A DNA stretch of 64,000 nucleotides from Eledone cirrhosa. Its lineage: Eukaryota. The notes beneath the pieces are model-generated. The model was not told the origin of the DNA, did not search any database, and was given only the letters and a program-made list of their open reading frames with translations. The DNA lies in the NCBI GenBank assembly GCA_964016885.1, contig OZ024740.1, positions 32,674,001 through 32,738,000 of the forward strand, read 5' to 3'. This document shows positions 41,751 to 54,189 of the stretch, in pieces. The position numbers and the translations under genes are program-made. The first letter of the stretch is position 1, and each line of letters begins with the position of its first letter.

Positions 41751-41947
41751 GGACAACAGTAATGCTTGGAAGACTTGATTGTTTTGTTATTGATGAAAAA
41801 AAAACAAAAAAAAAACACTAATGGCGTCAATGATTGAAATGAATGTATGAGAGCTCATTACAAAAAACATGCAACATTTAAGAAATAAAATTAGTCTTTC
41901 GCTAAACATTTAAAAAATTCAAGATTTTTAAATTATGGTAAAGAATT

Positions 41948-42499
41948 ATGCTGTGTGCAGGAGAGGCGGTTGCGCTGGTATGGACATATGATACGTGTGA
42001 AGAATGACAGCTGCATAAAAAGGTGCAGAGCACTAGAAGTCGATGGAAACCGCAGAGTGGGGAGATCCAAGATGACCTGGGATGAGGTGATAAAAGCCGA
42101 CCTTACCCAATTACACCTCTCAAAGGCGATGACACACGACCGTGACCTCTGGCGTCACGCAGTAATACAGAGTACCCGACCTCCCATGGGTACAAGCTGA
42201 AGCATATAGACAATATGCCCCCACACCCTCCCACTGCAAGGTGGTCGTGGAGGTGCCACGGCAAAAAAGCACCCAGCCCACACTGTAAAGTGGACATGTA
42301 GGCGCCACGAAAAAGCACCCAGCACTCACTGTAAATGAGGTTGGTGTTAGGAAGGGCATCCAGCTGTAGAAATCAAGCCAAATCAGTTCCTGTATAAGCA
42401 AGGCATGGTCAGCCGACCAGACACTGCCCACAACAGGACAACCCGTCTAACCCATGCTAGCGTGGAAGAACGGACGTAAAACGGTGATGGTGATGATGA
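41948..42499 (+). mobile_element. RTE family B 3' fragment (older copy)
   Basis: [10 protein letters not shown]...QSTRPPMGTS, B 3' UTR and GAT tail. Confidence 0.93.
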
Positions 42500-42620
42500 A
42501 TGAGTTTGAAAATTTTACTAAAATCACAATTGAATATAAAAACATTGAGCAAAGTTCTGATACCCACTAACAATGTTTAAATTATGCAAGCATGACTTCG
42601 AATTAATACTTTTCATTTAA

Positions 42621-42810
42621 AATAATTGTTTCTACTTTTGGCACAAGGCCAGCAATTACCCAGTGCATTACTGGTACTTTATTTTATCGACCTCGTAAGG
42701 ATGAAAGGCAAAGTTAACCTCGGCGGGATTTGAACTCGGAATGGCAAGGGCCGTAACTCTATGCGTCAAAGCATGGCGTCCGACTCTCTACCGATACTGC
42801 CAATCCTGCC
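42621..42810 (-). mobile_element. tRNA-derived SINE, second type, inverted copy of 35199-35410
   Basis: Reverse complement shares ggcagtatcggtagag, ggacgccatgcttt, the B box and gtaatgcactgggtaattgctggccttgtgccaaaagtagaaacaattatt. Confidence 0.8.
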
Positions 42811-43432
42811 TTTTTTCTTTTAAAATAATAATGATTAATATGTTCTTAAGCCAGAATTTTTCAATAACTTTATTCAAAATATCAGGTCAACAAAGCCAAT
42901 TGTATAAAGATATCAACTCTTCACACAGACATCTAAAATCAGTTCCTATGCATGATTTATGGAGTTTCTGGGGAATATTGGACCTACATTGTAAACTTGA
43001 TTTAGTATTATTGCTGTTTTACAATATATAGCATAGTTTTGCAAGGCTGACTGCATTTTACCTCACCCCAAGCGTAATATGAAAAATAGTAGGGAGTGCA
43101 CTGAAAATGCAGTTACTGCACTAAAAATGAAGAATGCTATTTTATATTGTTAGTTTCTTATGGTTTTACTCAGATTGTCTAAGTAAATTATCAACATTTC
43201 TTTTAATTATAGTTTAATCAAGTGTTTTAGATGCATAATATGTTTTGTTCTGAGGAATTAGAAAACAATGTCTCTAAAGTCTAGTTATTTTTTTCATAAA
43301 GTTAGCATATTTCTGTTTCTATATACAATGGCAATTAATATATATATACATATAGACGTTAAAAAATTAAAAACTCCTAGTATAAAGAGATAATTATGAA
43401 AAGAAAAATATATATTTACAAAGTTTCCCTAC

Positions 43433-43517
43433 CTGTTTTGTAAATGTTGAAGGGGTATGCTGACAAGATGCTGTTGAAGAAACTTAATCTTAGCTGCTAG
43501 ATTAGGATTTACAGAAG
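43433..43517 (-). CDS. KDM6A: KDM6A/UTX-like exon f (85 nt)
   Basis: (A)SVNPNLAAKIKFLQQHLVSIPLQHLQN(R), homologous to UTX [23 protein letters not shown]; phase 1 to 2 fits neighbours. Confidence 0.88.
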
Positions 43518-43748
43518 CTGTAACAAAAATATAAATATCAGAAGTTCATTAAATGAAATCAATTTCGAAACTTATTTTATAGAAATAAAATTAGTAAAGT
43601 AAAAAAAAAGAAGGAAAAACATTGTATAATTGATACTATAAAACCAATGAAGAGAATACTGATATTGATGATAAAGTAGTAAATAATATTAAAAGACTGA
43701 GGGGGCGTGAAAAAATAATCAAATGTTTTAAGCCTACAAAGTGAACGT

Positions 43749-44091
43749 GAAGGTGCATGGCTTAGTGATTAGAACACAAGGATTACAATCGTGAGGTTGT
43801 GAAATTCAATCCACAGACCAGGCTGTGTGCTGTGTTCTTGAGCAAGACACTATTTCATGTTGCTCCAGTTTACTCAGCTGTAGAAATGAATTACGACATT
43901 ACTAGTCCAAAGCTGTATGGGCCATTGACTTTCCCTTGGACAATATCGGTGGCGTGGAGAGGCGAAACTGGTATGTAGGGATGACTACTGGTCTTCCACA
44001 AGCAAACTTACCCAGACTTGTGCCTCGAGGGGGAACTTTCTAGGTGTAAAGCCCATGGTCATTCATGACTGAAGGGGCTCCTTTCTTACCC

Positions 44092-44095
<4 letters not shown>
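43749..44095 (+). mobile_element. tRNA-derived CORE-like SINE with a different (non-RTE-B) 3' half
   Basis: A box tggcttagtga and the same CORE-like block (ttgagcaagacact...ctccagtttactcagctgtagaaatga); the downstream sequence is unrelated to the RTE tail. Confidence 0.75.
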
Positions 44096-44135
<40 letters not shown>

Positions 44136-44138
<3 letters not shown>

Positions 44139-44476
44139 TTTCAACATCATCATTTCATTTTACGTCCGCTTTTCCCTGCTTGCAAGGGTGGGACGGGAAC
44201 TGATTCTGGCTTGATTTCTACAGCTGGATGCCCTTCCTAACTCCAACCTCATTTACAGTGAGTGCTGGGTGCTTTTTTGCCGTGGAACCTCCACAACTTT
44301 GCAGTGGAATGATAGGGACCCCAGTCCTATCATCTCATTTCTACAGCTGAGTAAACTGGAGCAATGTGAAATAAAGTGTCTTGCTCAAGGAAACAACACA
44401 TCACCCGGTCTGAGAATTGAACTCACAACCTTTCGATTGCAAGGCCAATGCTCTAACCACTAAGCCACGTGCCTCC
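44136..44476 (-). mobile_element. Full-length tRNA-derived CORE-like SINE with RTE-B 3' tail
   Basis: Minus strand GGAGGCACGTGGCTTAGTGGTTAGAGC (A box)...GAGTTCAATTC (B box), CORE-like block, RTE-B 3' core, terminal hairpin; flanked by TA repeats on both sides. Confidence 0.88.
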
Positions 44477-44515
<39 letters not shown>

Positions 44516-44596
44516 AATACAGAGCTTTTCATTTTATAAGTGAACTAAGAAATTGTATCCTAATAGATAAGAATAACAAGTTTGAGAGAAAAATAC

Positions 44597-44769
44597 CTTT
44601 GTTATTTGTAGCATTTATATAACAAGTGAGAGCGTCTCTAGGCTGGTTGCATGTCTCATAGAGAATGCCTAGATCAGTCCATGCCGCAGTGTGAGTGCGA
44701 TCCAACTGCACTGCACAGATGTAGGCCTGCAGAGCGTCCATAGGCTGGTTCTGCTGCTGATACAGTACT
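44597..44769 (-). CDS. KDM6A: KDM6A/UTX-like exon e (173 nt)
   Basis: (G)[57 protein letters not shown]; the first part is near-identical to the diagnostic [32 protein letters not shown]. Confidence 0.96.
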
Positions 44770-44856
44770 CTAAAAAATTCAAGGAAAATAAATGAGTTTC
44801 ATGCCATTTAGTCACAGTAGAAGAAAGTTTAGAGCATTTAACTAAATTATTAATAT

Positions 44857-47018
44857 AGGACCAAAAACGTGAGGTGTTCAGGATTGCTAGGCAATGTGTC
44901 AAGGAAAACCGTGATATTGTCGGGGAGAAGTGTGTACTTAATGATGATGGCATACTTGCCATCACTGACGCTGATAAGAAGGTAGCTTGGAAGTGTCACT
45001 ACGAAAGGCTTCTAAATGAGGAGAACAAATGGGAGAAAGACAGTCTCCCCCACATCGACCCAATAGAGGGACCAGCAGTGTTAGTCGAAGGTAGTATAAT
45101 AAGTAAGGCAATCAAAGATATGAAGACGGGTAAGGCGGCTGGGCCTTCGGAAATAGTTGCTGAGATGCTGAAAGCCTCTGGAACGGTGGAACACACCATG
45201 GTCACCCGGATAGTAAACCAAGTCATACAGAATGGGGTTGTTCCGAATAACTGGCATAGCAGCATCATCATTAACTGTTACAAGGGTAAAGGAGATGCCC
45301 TAGATAGGGGTAACTATAGAGGCATTAAATTAATCGACCAGGTCATGAAGGTCACAGAAAAAGTAATATGACAACTACAGGAGAAGTACCTAGCTAAAAG
45401 TAAACCCCTATACTTAGCTTTTGTTGACTTGGAGAAAGCTTTCGACAGAGTCCCCCGTTCCATTATCTGGTGGGCTCTTAGAAAACTAGGTGTTGACGAA
45501 TGGCTTGTGAGAGCTATACAAACCATGTATAAAGAAACAGTCAGCAAGGTTAGAATTAACAACGAATATAGTGAAGAGTTTAGCGTAAAAGTTGGTGTCC
45601 ATCAGGGCTCTGTTCTTAGCCCCCTACTATTTATTATTGCCCTTCAGGCTATAACAGAGGAGTTCAAGACCGGTTGCCCATGGGAACTCCTATACGCAGA
45701 TGATCTAACGCTCATAGCTGAATCAATGACCGAGCTAGAGAAGAAATTCCAAACATGGAAGCACGGCCTAGAATCAAAAGGCCTTAAAATTAACCTGGCT
45801 AAGACCAAAGTTCTAGTTTGTAGGAAAGAAAATTAGGCGGCGGCCCCTTCCGGGAAGTGGCCATGCTCAGTGTGAAGGAAAGGAGTAGGTAGAAACTCCA
45901 TTTTATGTCCTAAATACAAAGTATGGGTGCATAAAAGATGTAGTGGGATCACAGGTAATCTAACTAAGAACATAGATTTTACATGTGGCCGGTGCTCTGG
46001 TGCAATAAGTAGCAGCAAGTGCCCACAAAATACTAGCTCTTTCGATTGCGCAGAGGGTTCTATAGAAATAGTGGACAGCTTCCGTTACCTGGGCGATAAA
46101 ATCAGCAGTGGGGGAGGGTGCTCTGAAAGTACTGTAGCTAGAGTCAGAACTGGTTGGAAAAAGTTCAGAGAGCTTATACCACTATTAGCTGCTAAAGGGT
46201 TCTCACTAAAAATGAAAGGCAGGTTGTACGATGCCTGCATACGAACAGCAATGCTGCATGGCAGTGAGACCTGGGCATTGTGTGCAGAGGATATACGCAG
46301 ACTAGAGAGGAACGAAGCTTGCATGCTCCGCTGGATGTGTAACAGTAATATACGTGAACGGCAAAGCATAAACGAACTAAGGAAAAAATTAGAGATAAGA
46401 GGGATCAGATGTTGTTTACTCAAGAGGCTACGTTGGTATGGTCACGTGATGCGCATGAAAGACGACAGCTGTATAACAAAGTGCAGGGCAATAAAGATAG
46501 ACGGTAGCCACGGAGTAGGCAGACCCAGAAAAACCTGGGACGACATGATAAATTCCGACCTCACACGCTTACACCTCTCCAAGACAATGTCACTGGACCG
46601 AGACCTTTGGCGGTACTCAGTAATAGAGACCTAAATACAAAGTAAAACCTACTACAGTCAGTAGGCATCTCTATCAAAACACCCCCCCCCCCCCCGTCCC
46701 ACCACCCCTTTCAATGTAAAGTTATGTTGGTGCCACAACATCCAGGCCGAAACAAATGAGATCGTGTAGGTGTCACGACAAAAAAACACAGTTCACGCTG
46801 TAATGTGGCCGTGTAGGCAACACGGTAAAAACCTCCCAGCCCCACACTGTAAATGTGGTTGGTGTTAGGAAGGGCATCCAGCTGTAGAAAACCCGCCAGA
46901 CAGTCCTATGCGAGCAAGACAACCACTCTTGCCTCAAGTGGGAAAACCCCCATCCAAACCCATGCAAGCGTGGAACACGGACGTTAAACATTGATGATGA
47001 TGATGATGATGATGATGA
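44857..47018 (+). mobile_element. RTE family A, 5'-truncated and disrupted
   Basis: RT motifs, PHD region, internal deletion near 45368, stop codons, 3' UTR and (GAT)n. Confidence 0.95.
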
Positions 47019-47349
47019 AAGCACATGTACAATAATGAAATGATTCTCTATATTGATGTTTTCAAAGTTTACATTAAGTAGATAACTAAAAATGCCAGTG
47101 GAACCATTAACAACATAACAACACATTACATTCATAGGTGCTGGATATGAGGCCTGCCAACAAGACTTTGATTAAATTTATCTTTGTAATCATTGCACTT
47201 TACAGTGTCCATGAAAGGCACATTGTAGTTTTATTTCTTCTCCTCCAAAACTTGTCTATGTTAAATGAATAATAAGGAAAAATAAAAGAAAGTTCTTCAA
47301 TAACTACTCAGAATCTAAAATCATTTTCACCAAAACAACAAAATTTAAC

Positions 47350-47570
47350 AATTACTTTAATATTACATTAATATTGGATTAACGTTACTTTAATATTGCA
47401 TCAATATTACTTTAATATTACATTAATATTGGATTACCATTGCTTTAATATTGCATCAATATTACATTAATATTGGATTACCGTTGCTTTAATATTGCAT
47501 CAATATTACTTTAATATTGCATCAATATTACTTTAATATTGCATCAATATTACTTTAATATTACATCAAT
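47350..47570. repeat. AT-rich 20-bp-period repeat (aatattactttaatattgcatc-like)
   Basis: Directly visible. Confidence 0.85.
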
Positions 47571-48029
47571 ATAAATTATCATAGATATATTTTCATTAAA
47601 CAATGATTAGCATCTCAATGTTAAATTTCATATTTATTACTATTACATATGTTTAATCTGATGTTTAACGGCCGAATTAGCTCACTCTAACTTCCTGCTA
47701 TAGTGTCTCCGCACCACTTCCCCCATTCACTGCCTGCTGGCTTGCTGTTTGGCTGACATGGGCTTGCACCTCCTCCCCTTTGCTGCCTGTTGTCTTTCCC
47801 TTCCGACATCACACCACTCGAAAATTAAGGTTATGATCCACAGGACAAATGCTGAGTAAGAGAGCAGTGACTCCGATTAAAGACAACTACACAGGGTAGA
47901 CGTGGCCCTGTAAGGCGTAGTGAAAACAACCCGTTCAGGAGAGCAGACACTCCAAATAAAAATTAACACAGGACTATAGAGTCTAGTAAGACAACTTCTA
48001 GTGCTGGGGGCACGAATAATGCACCCATT

Positions 48030-48495
48030 CCACACGGTATATATTCCATCAACCCTGGTATATACTCTCCCAACCGTGGTATACATTCCACCAACTGTGG
48101 CATACATTCCACAAACCGTGGTATACACCCCACCAACTGCGGTATACATTCCACCAGCCGTGGTATACATCCGACCAACCGAAGTAAACATTCCACCAGC
48201 CGTGGTATACATTCCACCAACCGTGGTATATACTCTTCCAACCCTGGTATACATTCCACCAACTGCAGTATACATCCCACCAACCCTGGCATACATTCTA
48301 TTAACTGTGGTATACATCCCACCAACTGTGGCATACATCCCACCAACTTTGGCACACATTCCACCAACCCTGGTATACATTCTATCAATCCTGATATATA
48401 TTCTATCCATCGTGGTATACATTCCACCAACCGTGGTATATATATATTCTCTCCATCGTGGTATATATTCCATCAATCGTGGTATATATTCTAAT
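48030..48495. repeat. 21-bp minisatellite (gtggtatacattccaccaacc), about 22 degenerate copies
   Basis: Directly visible; produces VYIPPTV heptad ORFs. Confidence 0.92.
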
Positions 48496-48952
48496 AATTA
48501 TTAGAATAAGGCTTCTTGAATTGATTATAATCAATTCAAAAAGCCTTAACCCCTCTTCATTCCTTGTACCATATCTATAGACATATTTTCAAAAGATGAA
48601 GTTTATTATTTATCTTCATAAATAAATATTTTAATTATTTATCATCATCATCACCATTTAACATATATTTTTCCATGCCTGCAAGATTAGACAGGTTTCT
48701 ACAGTTGGATGCCTTTCCTAACACCAACAACGTTACAGTGCGAACTGGTTTTTTTTTTGTATGTATGCATATATATATATGTGTATGCATGCATGCATGT
48801 TTCTTTGAGTGTGAATTGTCATTACAAAAGAATCAGCCTCCGATATGTAAACAGAGGCATTTTATATTATTTAAAATACATGGCAACTAAACATATGTAT
48901 TTGTCAACACTCAGAGTTTCATGATGGCATCCTCAATATTGTAATTACTTAC

Positions 48953-49051
48953 CCTATAGAGCACCATGTGTCAGCATTGGCCTCCCACTTGTCTTTTGAA
49001 TGACGATAGTGGATGAAGGCATCATGAACTCTTCCTATACTAGACAGGCAC
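48953..49051 (-). CDS. KDM6A: KDM6A/UTX-like exon d (99 nt, symmetric phase 2-2)
   Basis: (R)[32 protein letters not shown](G), homologous to UTX RCYSSIGKVQDAF...ADTWCSIG; tgcag acceptor and gtaagt donor. Confidence 0.92.
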
Positions 49052-49499
49052 CTGCAAATATAAATAACAAATGAAATTTGGGTAGATTGACTGGAGGAAG
49101 AGGTTGAGGGGAGTGGAATTCATGACAGGGTCAATAGCCAAAAGTCCCAATAGTCCATATTGTGGTCTGTGTAGAAAATTAGGAGAGACAGGGTCAATAG
49201 CCAATATTCTTGTCTATGTAGAAAATTGGGAAAGATAAGGTAAATAGTCAATATTTTTGTCTGTGTAGAAACAATATCAGATATCTTAAATATTAAAAAA
49301 CTGAAAATAGATTTAGCCAATAAGATTGATATAAAAATAGTATTTTTAAGAGGATGGAGTAAATAATCAACAAAAGAGAAGTGTGATGATTAACATTCAA
49401 TAACATAAAATCAATAACCTACTCAGCAGAAATTGAAAGATTGGGATTGCTATTGTGGCTCAAAGGAAATAGTAAATTTCTATGGCTTAAACCTGTGAT

Positions 49500-52404
49500 A
49501 TCATCATCATCATCATCGTTTAACGTCCATCTTCCACGCTTGCATGGGTTTGGACGGGAGTTCTCCCACTTGAGGCAAGAGTGGTTGTCTTGCTCGCATA
49601 GGACTGTCTGGTGGGTTTTTACGGCTGGATGCCCTTCCTAACACCAACCACGTTTACAGTGTGGACTGGGAGGTTTTTACCGTGTTACCTACACGGCCAC
49701 ATTACAGCGTGGGCTGTGTGTTTTTTTTGTCGTGACACCTACACGACCTCATTTGTTTCGGACTGGATGTTGTGGTACCAACATAACTTTACATTGAAAG
49801 GGGTGGTGTGGATGGGGCGGGAGTAGTGGGACGGGAGTGTATTTTTGTTAGAGGTGCCTACTGACTGTAGTAGGTTTCACTTTCTACTTAGGTAAGGCGG
49901 GTCTTCTGTATTACTGTGTAGCGCCAAAGATGTCGGTCCAGTGACATTGTCTTGGAGAGGGGTAAGTGTGTGAGGTCGGAATTTATCAGCTCGTCCCAGG
50001 TTTTTCTGGGTCTGGCTACCATCTATTTTTATTGCCCTGCACTTTTTTATACAGCTGTCGTATTTCATGCGCATCACGTGACCGTACCAATGTAGTCTTC
50101 TCTCGAGTAAACAACATCTGCTCCCGCTTATTTCTAATTTTTCCCTTAGTTCGTTTAAGCTTTGCCGTTCACGTATATTACTATTACACATCCAGCGGAG
50201 CATGCAAGCTTCGTTCCTCTCCAGTCTGTGTATATCCGCTGCACACAATGCCCAGGTCTCACTGCCATGTAACATTGCTGTTCGTATGCAGGCATCATAC
50301 AGCCTGCCTTTCATTTTTAGAGAGAACCCTTTAGCAGCTAATAGTGGTATAAGCTCTCGGAACTTTTTCCATCCAGTTCTGACTCTAGCTACTGTACTTT
50401 CAGAGCACCCTCCACCACTGCTGATTTTGTCACCCAGGTAACGGAAGCTGTCCACTATTTCTATAGAACCATCTGTGCAATGGAATGAGCTAGTATTCAG
50501 TGGGCACTTGCTGTTACTTATTGCACCAGAGCACCGGCCACATATAAAATCTATATTCTTAGTTAGCTTACCTGTGATCCCACTACATCTTTTATGCACC
50601 CATACTTTGCATTTGGGACATAAAATGGAGTTTCTGCCTACTCCTTTCCTACACACTGAGCATGGCCATTTCCCGGATGGGACCGGTGCCCTATTTTCCT
50701 TCCTACAAACTAGAACTTTAGTCTTAGACAGGTTAATTTTAAGGCCTTTTGATTCTAGGCCATGCTTCCATGTTTGGAATTTCTTCTCTAGTTCAGCCAT
50801 TGATTCAGCTATGAGCATTAGAACATCTGCGTATAGGAGTTTCCATGGGCAGCCGGTCTTGAACTCCTCTGTTATAGCCTGAAGGGCAATAATAAATAGT
50901 AGGGGGCTAAGAACAGAGCCCTGATGGACACCAACTTTTACGCTAAACTCTTCACTATATTCGTTGTTAATTCTAACCTTGCTGACTGTTTCTTTATACA
51001 TGGCTTGTATGGCTCTCACAAGCCATTCATCAACACCTAGTTTTCTAAGAGCCCACCAGATAATGGAACGGGGGACTCTGTCAAAGGCTTTCTCCAAGTC
51101 GACAAAAGCTAAGTATAGGGGTTTACTTTTAGCTAGGTACTTCTCCTGTAGTTGTCGTACAATGAAAAGAGCGTCTGTGGCACTTTTACCTGACACAAAC
51201 CCGAACTGCATTTCATCTAGATCAATTCGCTCTCTTATTAGTTGCGCTATTACTTTTTCTGTGACCTTCATGACCTGGTCAATTAATTTAATGCCTCTAT
51301 AGTTACCCCTATCTAGGGCATCTCCTTTACCCTTGTAGCAGTTAATGATGATGCTGCTACGCCAGTCCTTCGGAACAACCCCATTCTGTATGACTTGGTT
51401 TACTATCCCGGTGACCATGGTGTGTCCCACCGTTCCAGAAGCTTTCAGCATTTCAGCAATTATTTCCGAAGGCCCAGCCGCCTTACCCGTCTTCATATCT
51501 TTGATTGCCTTACTTATTATACTACCCTCGACTAACACTGCTGGTCCCTCTATTGGATCGATGTGGGGGAGACTGTCTTTCTCCCATTTATTCTCCTCAT
51601 TTAGTAGCCTTTCGTAGTGACACTTCGAAGCTACCTTCTTATCAGCGTCAGTGATGGCAAGTACACCATCATCATTAAGGACACACTTCTCCCCGACAAT
51701 ATCATGGTTTTCCTTGACACATTGCCTAGCAATCCTGAACACCTCACGTTTGAGAACATGCTTGAACTTTCTTTCCTCTGCTTCCCTTTTTGCGAAGTAC
51801 ACTTGTCTCCTAGCTTCCCTCCTGGCCACTTGATAGTCTTCTCTACTTCCCCCATCCCGCCATACTTTCCAAGCCTGCTTTTTGGCCTTAATTGACTCCT
51901 CCAGCTTACTGTTCCACCACCACGTTACTCTCCTCCTGCCTATAAGCCTGCTCCAGCCACAGACTTCATCTGCCGCCATCAGCAGGTTTGCTTTCAGGAA
52001 TTCCCACTGTTCCTCTATATTGTACGACTCTAATTGCTCTTCCTTACCGTCGAAAGCATCAAGTAATATGCTTTTAAATTTATTACTGGCTGTGGGGTCC
52101 TTTAGCTTCCATATTTTTCTCCTGAGGATAGTCCTCCTCTGTTGTCGAGTACGTCTCGTCCTGACTATGAGGTCGCTAATTATGAGTCTATGTTGGGAGG
52201 TGCATTCTTCATGGGGGAGGGATTTAGTGTTTACAACAGACACTGTCATGTCTTCTGGTAAGGATATAATCTACCTGGCTGGTATGTTCCCCTGATCTGT
52301 AGGTGATCAAGTGATTGTCTCCTTTTTTGAAGTTAGTGTTACAGATAGTTAGGTTATTTGCGTCACAGAATTCCAGGATTCTGGAGCCTTCCTCATTTCT
52401 AGTA
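49500..52404 (-). mobile_element. RTE family A, 5'-truncated within the endonuclease, 790-aa frame
   Basis: Endonuclease end, RT (YADV, catalytic Asp lost), PHD region, 3' UTR, (CAT)n at the left end. Confidence 0.95.
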
Positions 52405-53184
52405 GCATAAAACATTGCCCCACGCCAACAAAAACATTTAATTAATGTCCTGTACCACATGAAATCACATTAGCAAGACATTCTTAAAAAGCACAAAACA
52501 GCACTGTGACTACATTTCATGAAAAATGAAAGTTTTTATCCTAATACTGCAGATTTCTACATGTCCCCCAGTAAAGATATTACAAACATTTGAATTGACA
52601 AACCTATTTTTAGAGATTTTCTACAAAACTATTACAGGTTGTGGACAGTTAAAAAAGAACACTTTTTGAATACATAAAATGCTGTGCATAGATAATTGGC
52701 AGAGATAAGCTATTTAATGTCTATAAGAGAAGTAATGTGAACTTCAATTAGACAAAATACAATATTTCAGAAATATCATAACCATCATCATTTATGTTTG
52801 CTTTTCCTTGCTGGCATTTTGAGGGACAGTAATTTATGGTTTGATATATCCAATGCTTGTGACAAGTAAAGAAGACGTTAAACCAGACGATAATAACCCT
52901 TCTTGATGTCCACTCATATTTTAAGTAGGGTACCTTGTACCAACAGTCACCTCTCTAACTATTCTGGGACATAAACAAACAGCAGCAGTTGTTTGAGTGG
53001 ATGGAGTTAACCTGAAGACAGACTTGGAGACAAATACACACTGCACATTCCTGGTGATTGCATACAACTGAAACAGTTCTAGTCCTGTAAAAGTCATTTC
53101 TATATAAAATAAATGTCTTCTATACTAATGTATTGAATACCTTATTTAACTGTGGTGTCTTCAAAAAACCATCCTTAATATATA

Positions 53185-53440
53185 TATATCATTGTTATCA
53201 CCCCTGCTAGCAACGGTTGGATGCGTCATCAAAGCAGACCTACTGACCTTTCAGATGGCGTGATAGTCTACAACTCACAAATGGCCCTCAGTGCTCAAAC
53301 AAGTTAGGGCCCACTGCTTACTAGATCCATTTTATTGTGTCGCTAATATGAGAGAGGTTGTCATATCTTTGACAGTTGAAGAATCCTCCCAACACTTTGA
53401 CAAGTGCAGTTGGATGCCTTTCCTATCACTGATCAAGTAA
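53185..53440 (-). mobile_element. Old RTE family C 3' end
   Basis: Homologous to 57143-57420 (ccctgctagcaa.ggttgg, actgacctttcagatgg, gaggttgtcat...ttgaca); carries the ggaa.ggcatccaactg core. Confidence 0.65.
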
Positions 53441-53466
53441 AATGTTATGTATGATGCCATTGGTGT

Positions 53467-53546
53467 AAAAATATGGAGTGCTTCACAAATTTGTGTGCCA
53501 TCCTTGCACAAGAGCCGTGCTAATCTTTTCTGTATTGTTCCAATTT
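53467..53546 (-). pseudogene. U6 snRNA pseudogene, 5'-truncated
   Basis: Minus strand AAATTGGAACAATACAGAAAAGATTAGCACGGCTCTTGTGCAAGGATGGCACACAAATTTGTGAAGCACTCCATATTTTT aligns without gaps to the 3' part of U6; mismatches are mostly transitions and include the ACAGAGA box. Confidence 0.9.
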
Positions 53547-54189
53547 GAGAACAGACACTCACACACACATATCTGGTGATAATGCACAATTTCTGCACAC
53601 TGCAGTTTTAATAACTTGATGGGCAGAATATTGCATAGAAACAGAATCCATCCAGGAGTTAGATACATGATATATCTTTACCTAAACACTGCTACTGTAC
53701 TCACTATATAACTATTATGTGTGCACTCTGAACATCAAGGTGCAGTTTCATACCTGCAAGCTTATTGTCTCATTGAATGAGAGGGTCATGGCTTAAGATC
53801 ACTGAAATAACATCAGTGACTTTCGTAAACTGTGCGTGCATATATATATGAACCTGAAAGTTTGTCATTTTGTTTTTTTAGAAGAGCATTAAAGTTGATG
53901 AACATATTTTCAACTGTTATAATCTTGATTTGGAAACTATCCTTACGTCTGAAACCAAATAAATTTTTCGTTTGTAAAGAAATTTTCTTATTTGCAGGGT
54001 TGCATTTATCACAAGTGTAGTGCTGTTTAACAGAAAAATAGGTGCAATAAAGGCATATCAGAGGATTAGGGTGGAATAATTTTTAAATATTTTAGATTTG
54101 CAGTACATCATTCAGAAATGAAAGAAGAATTGAGAAATTTGTTCATAAATTAAAAATGCAATTGTAGATAAAAATATAAAACTACCAAC

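Noticed and set aside
44830-47040. Target-site duplications around the LINEs in unique sequence
   Set aside because: Flanks compared by eye at 35863/37358, 41948/42499, 44857/47018 and 49500/52404 show no convincing duplication
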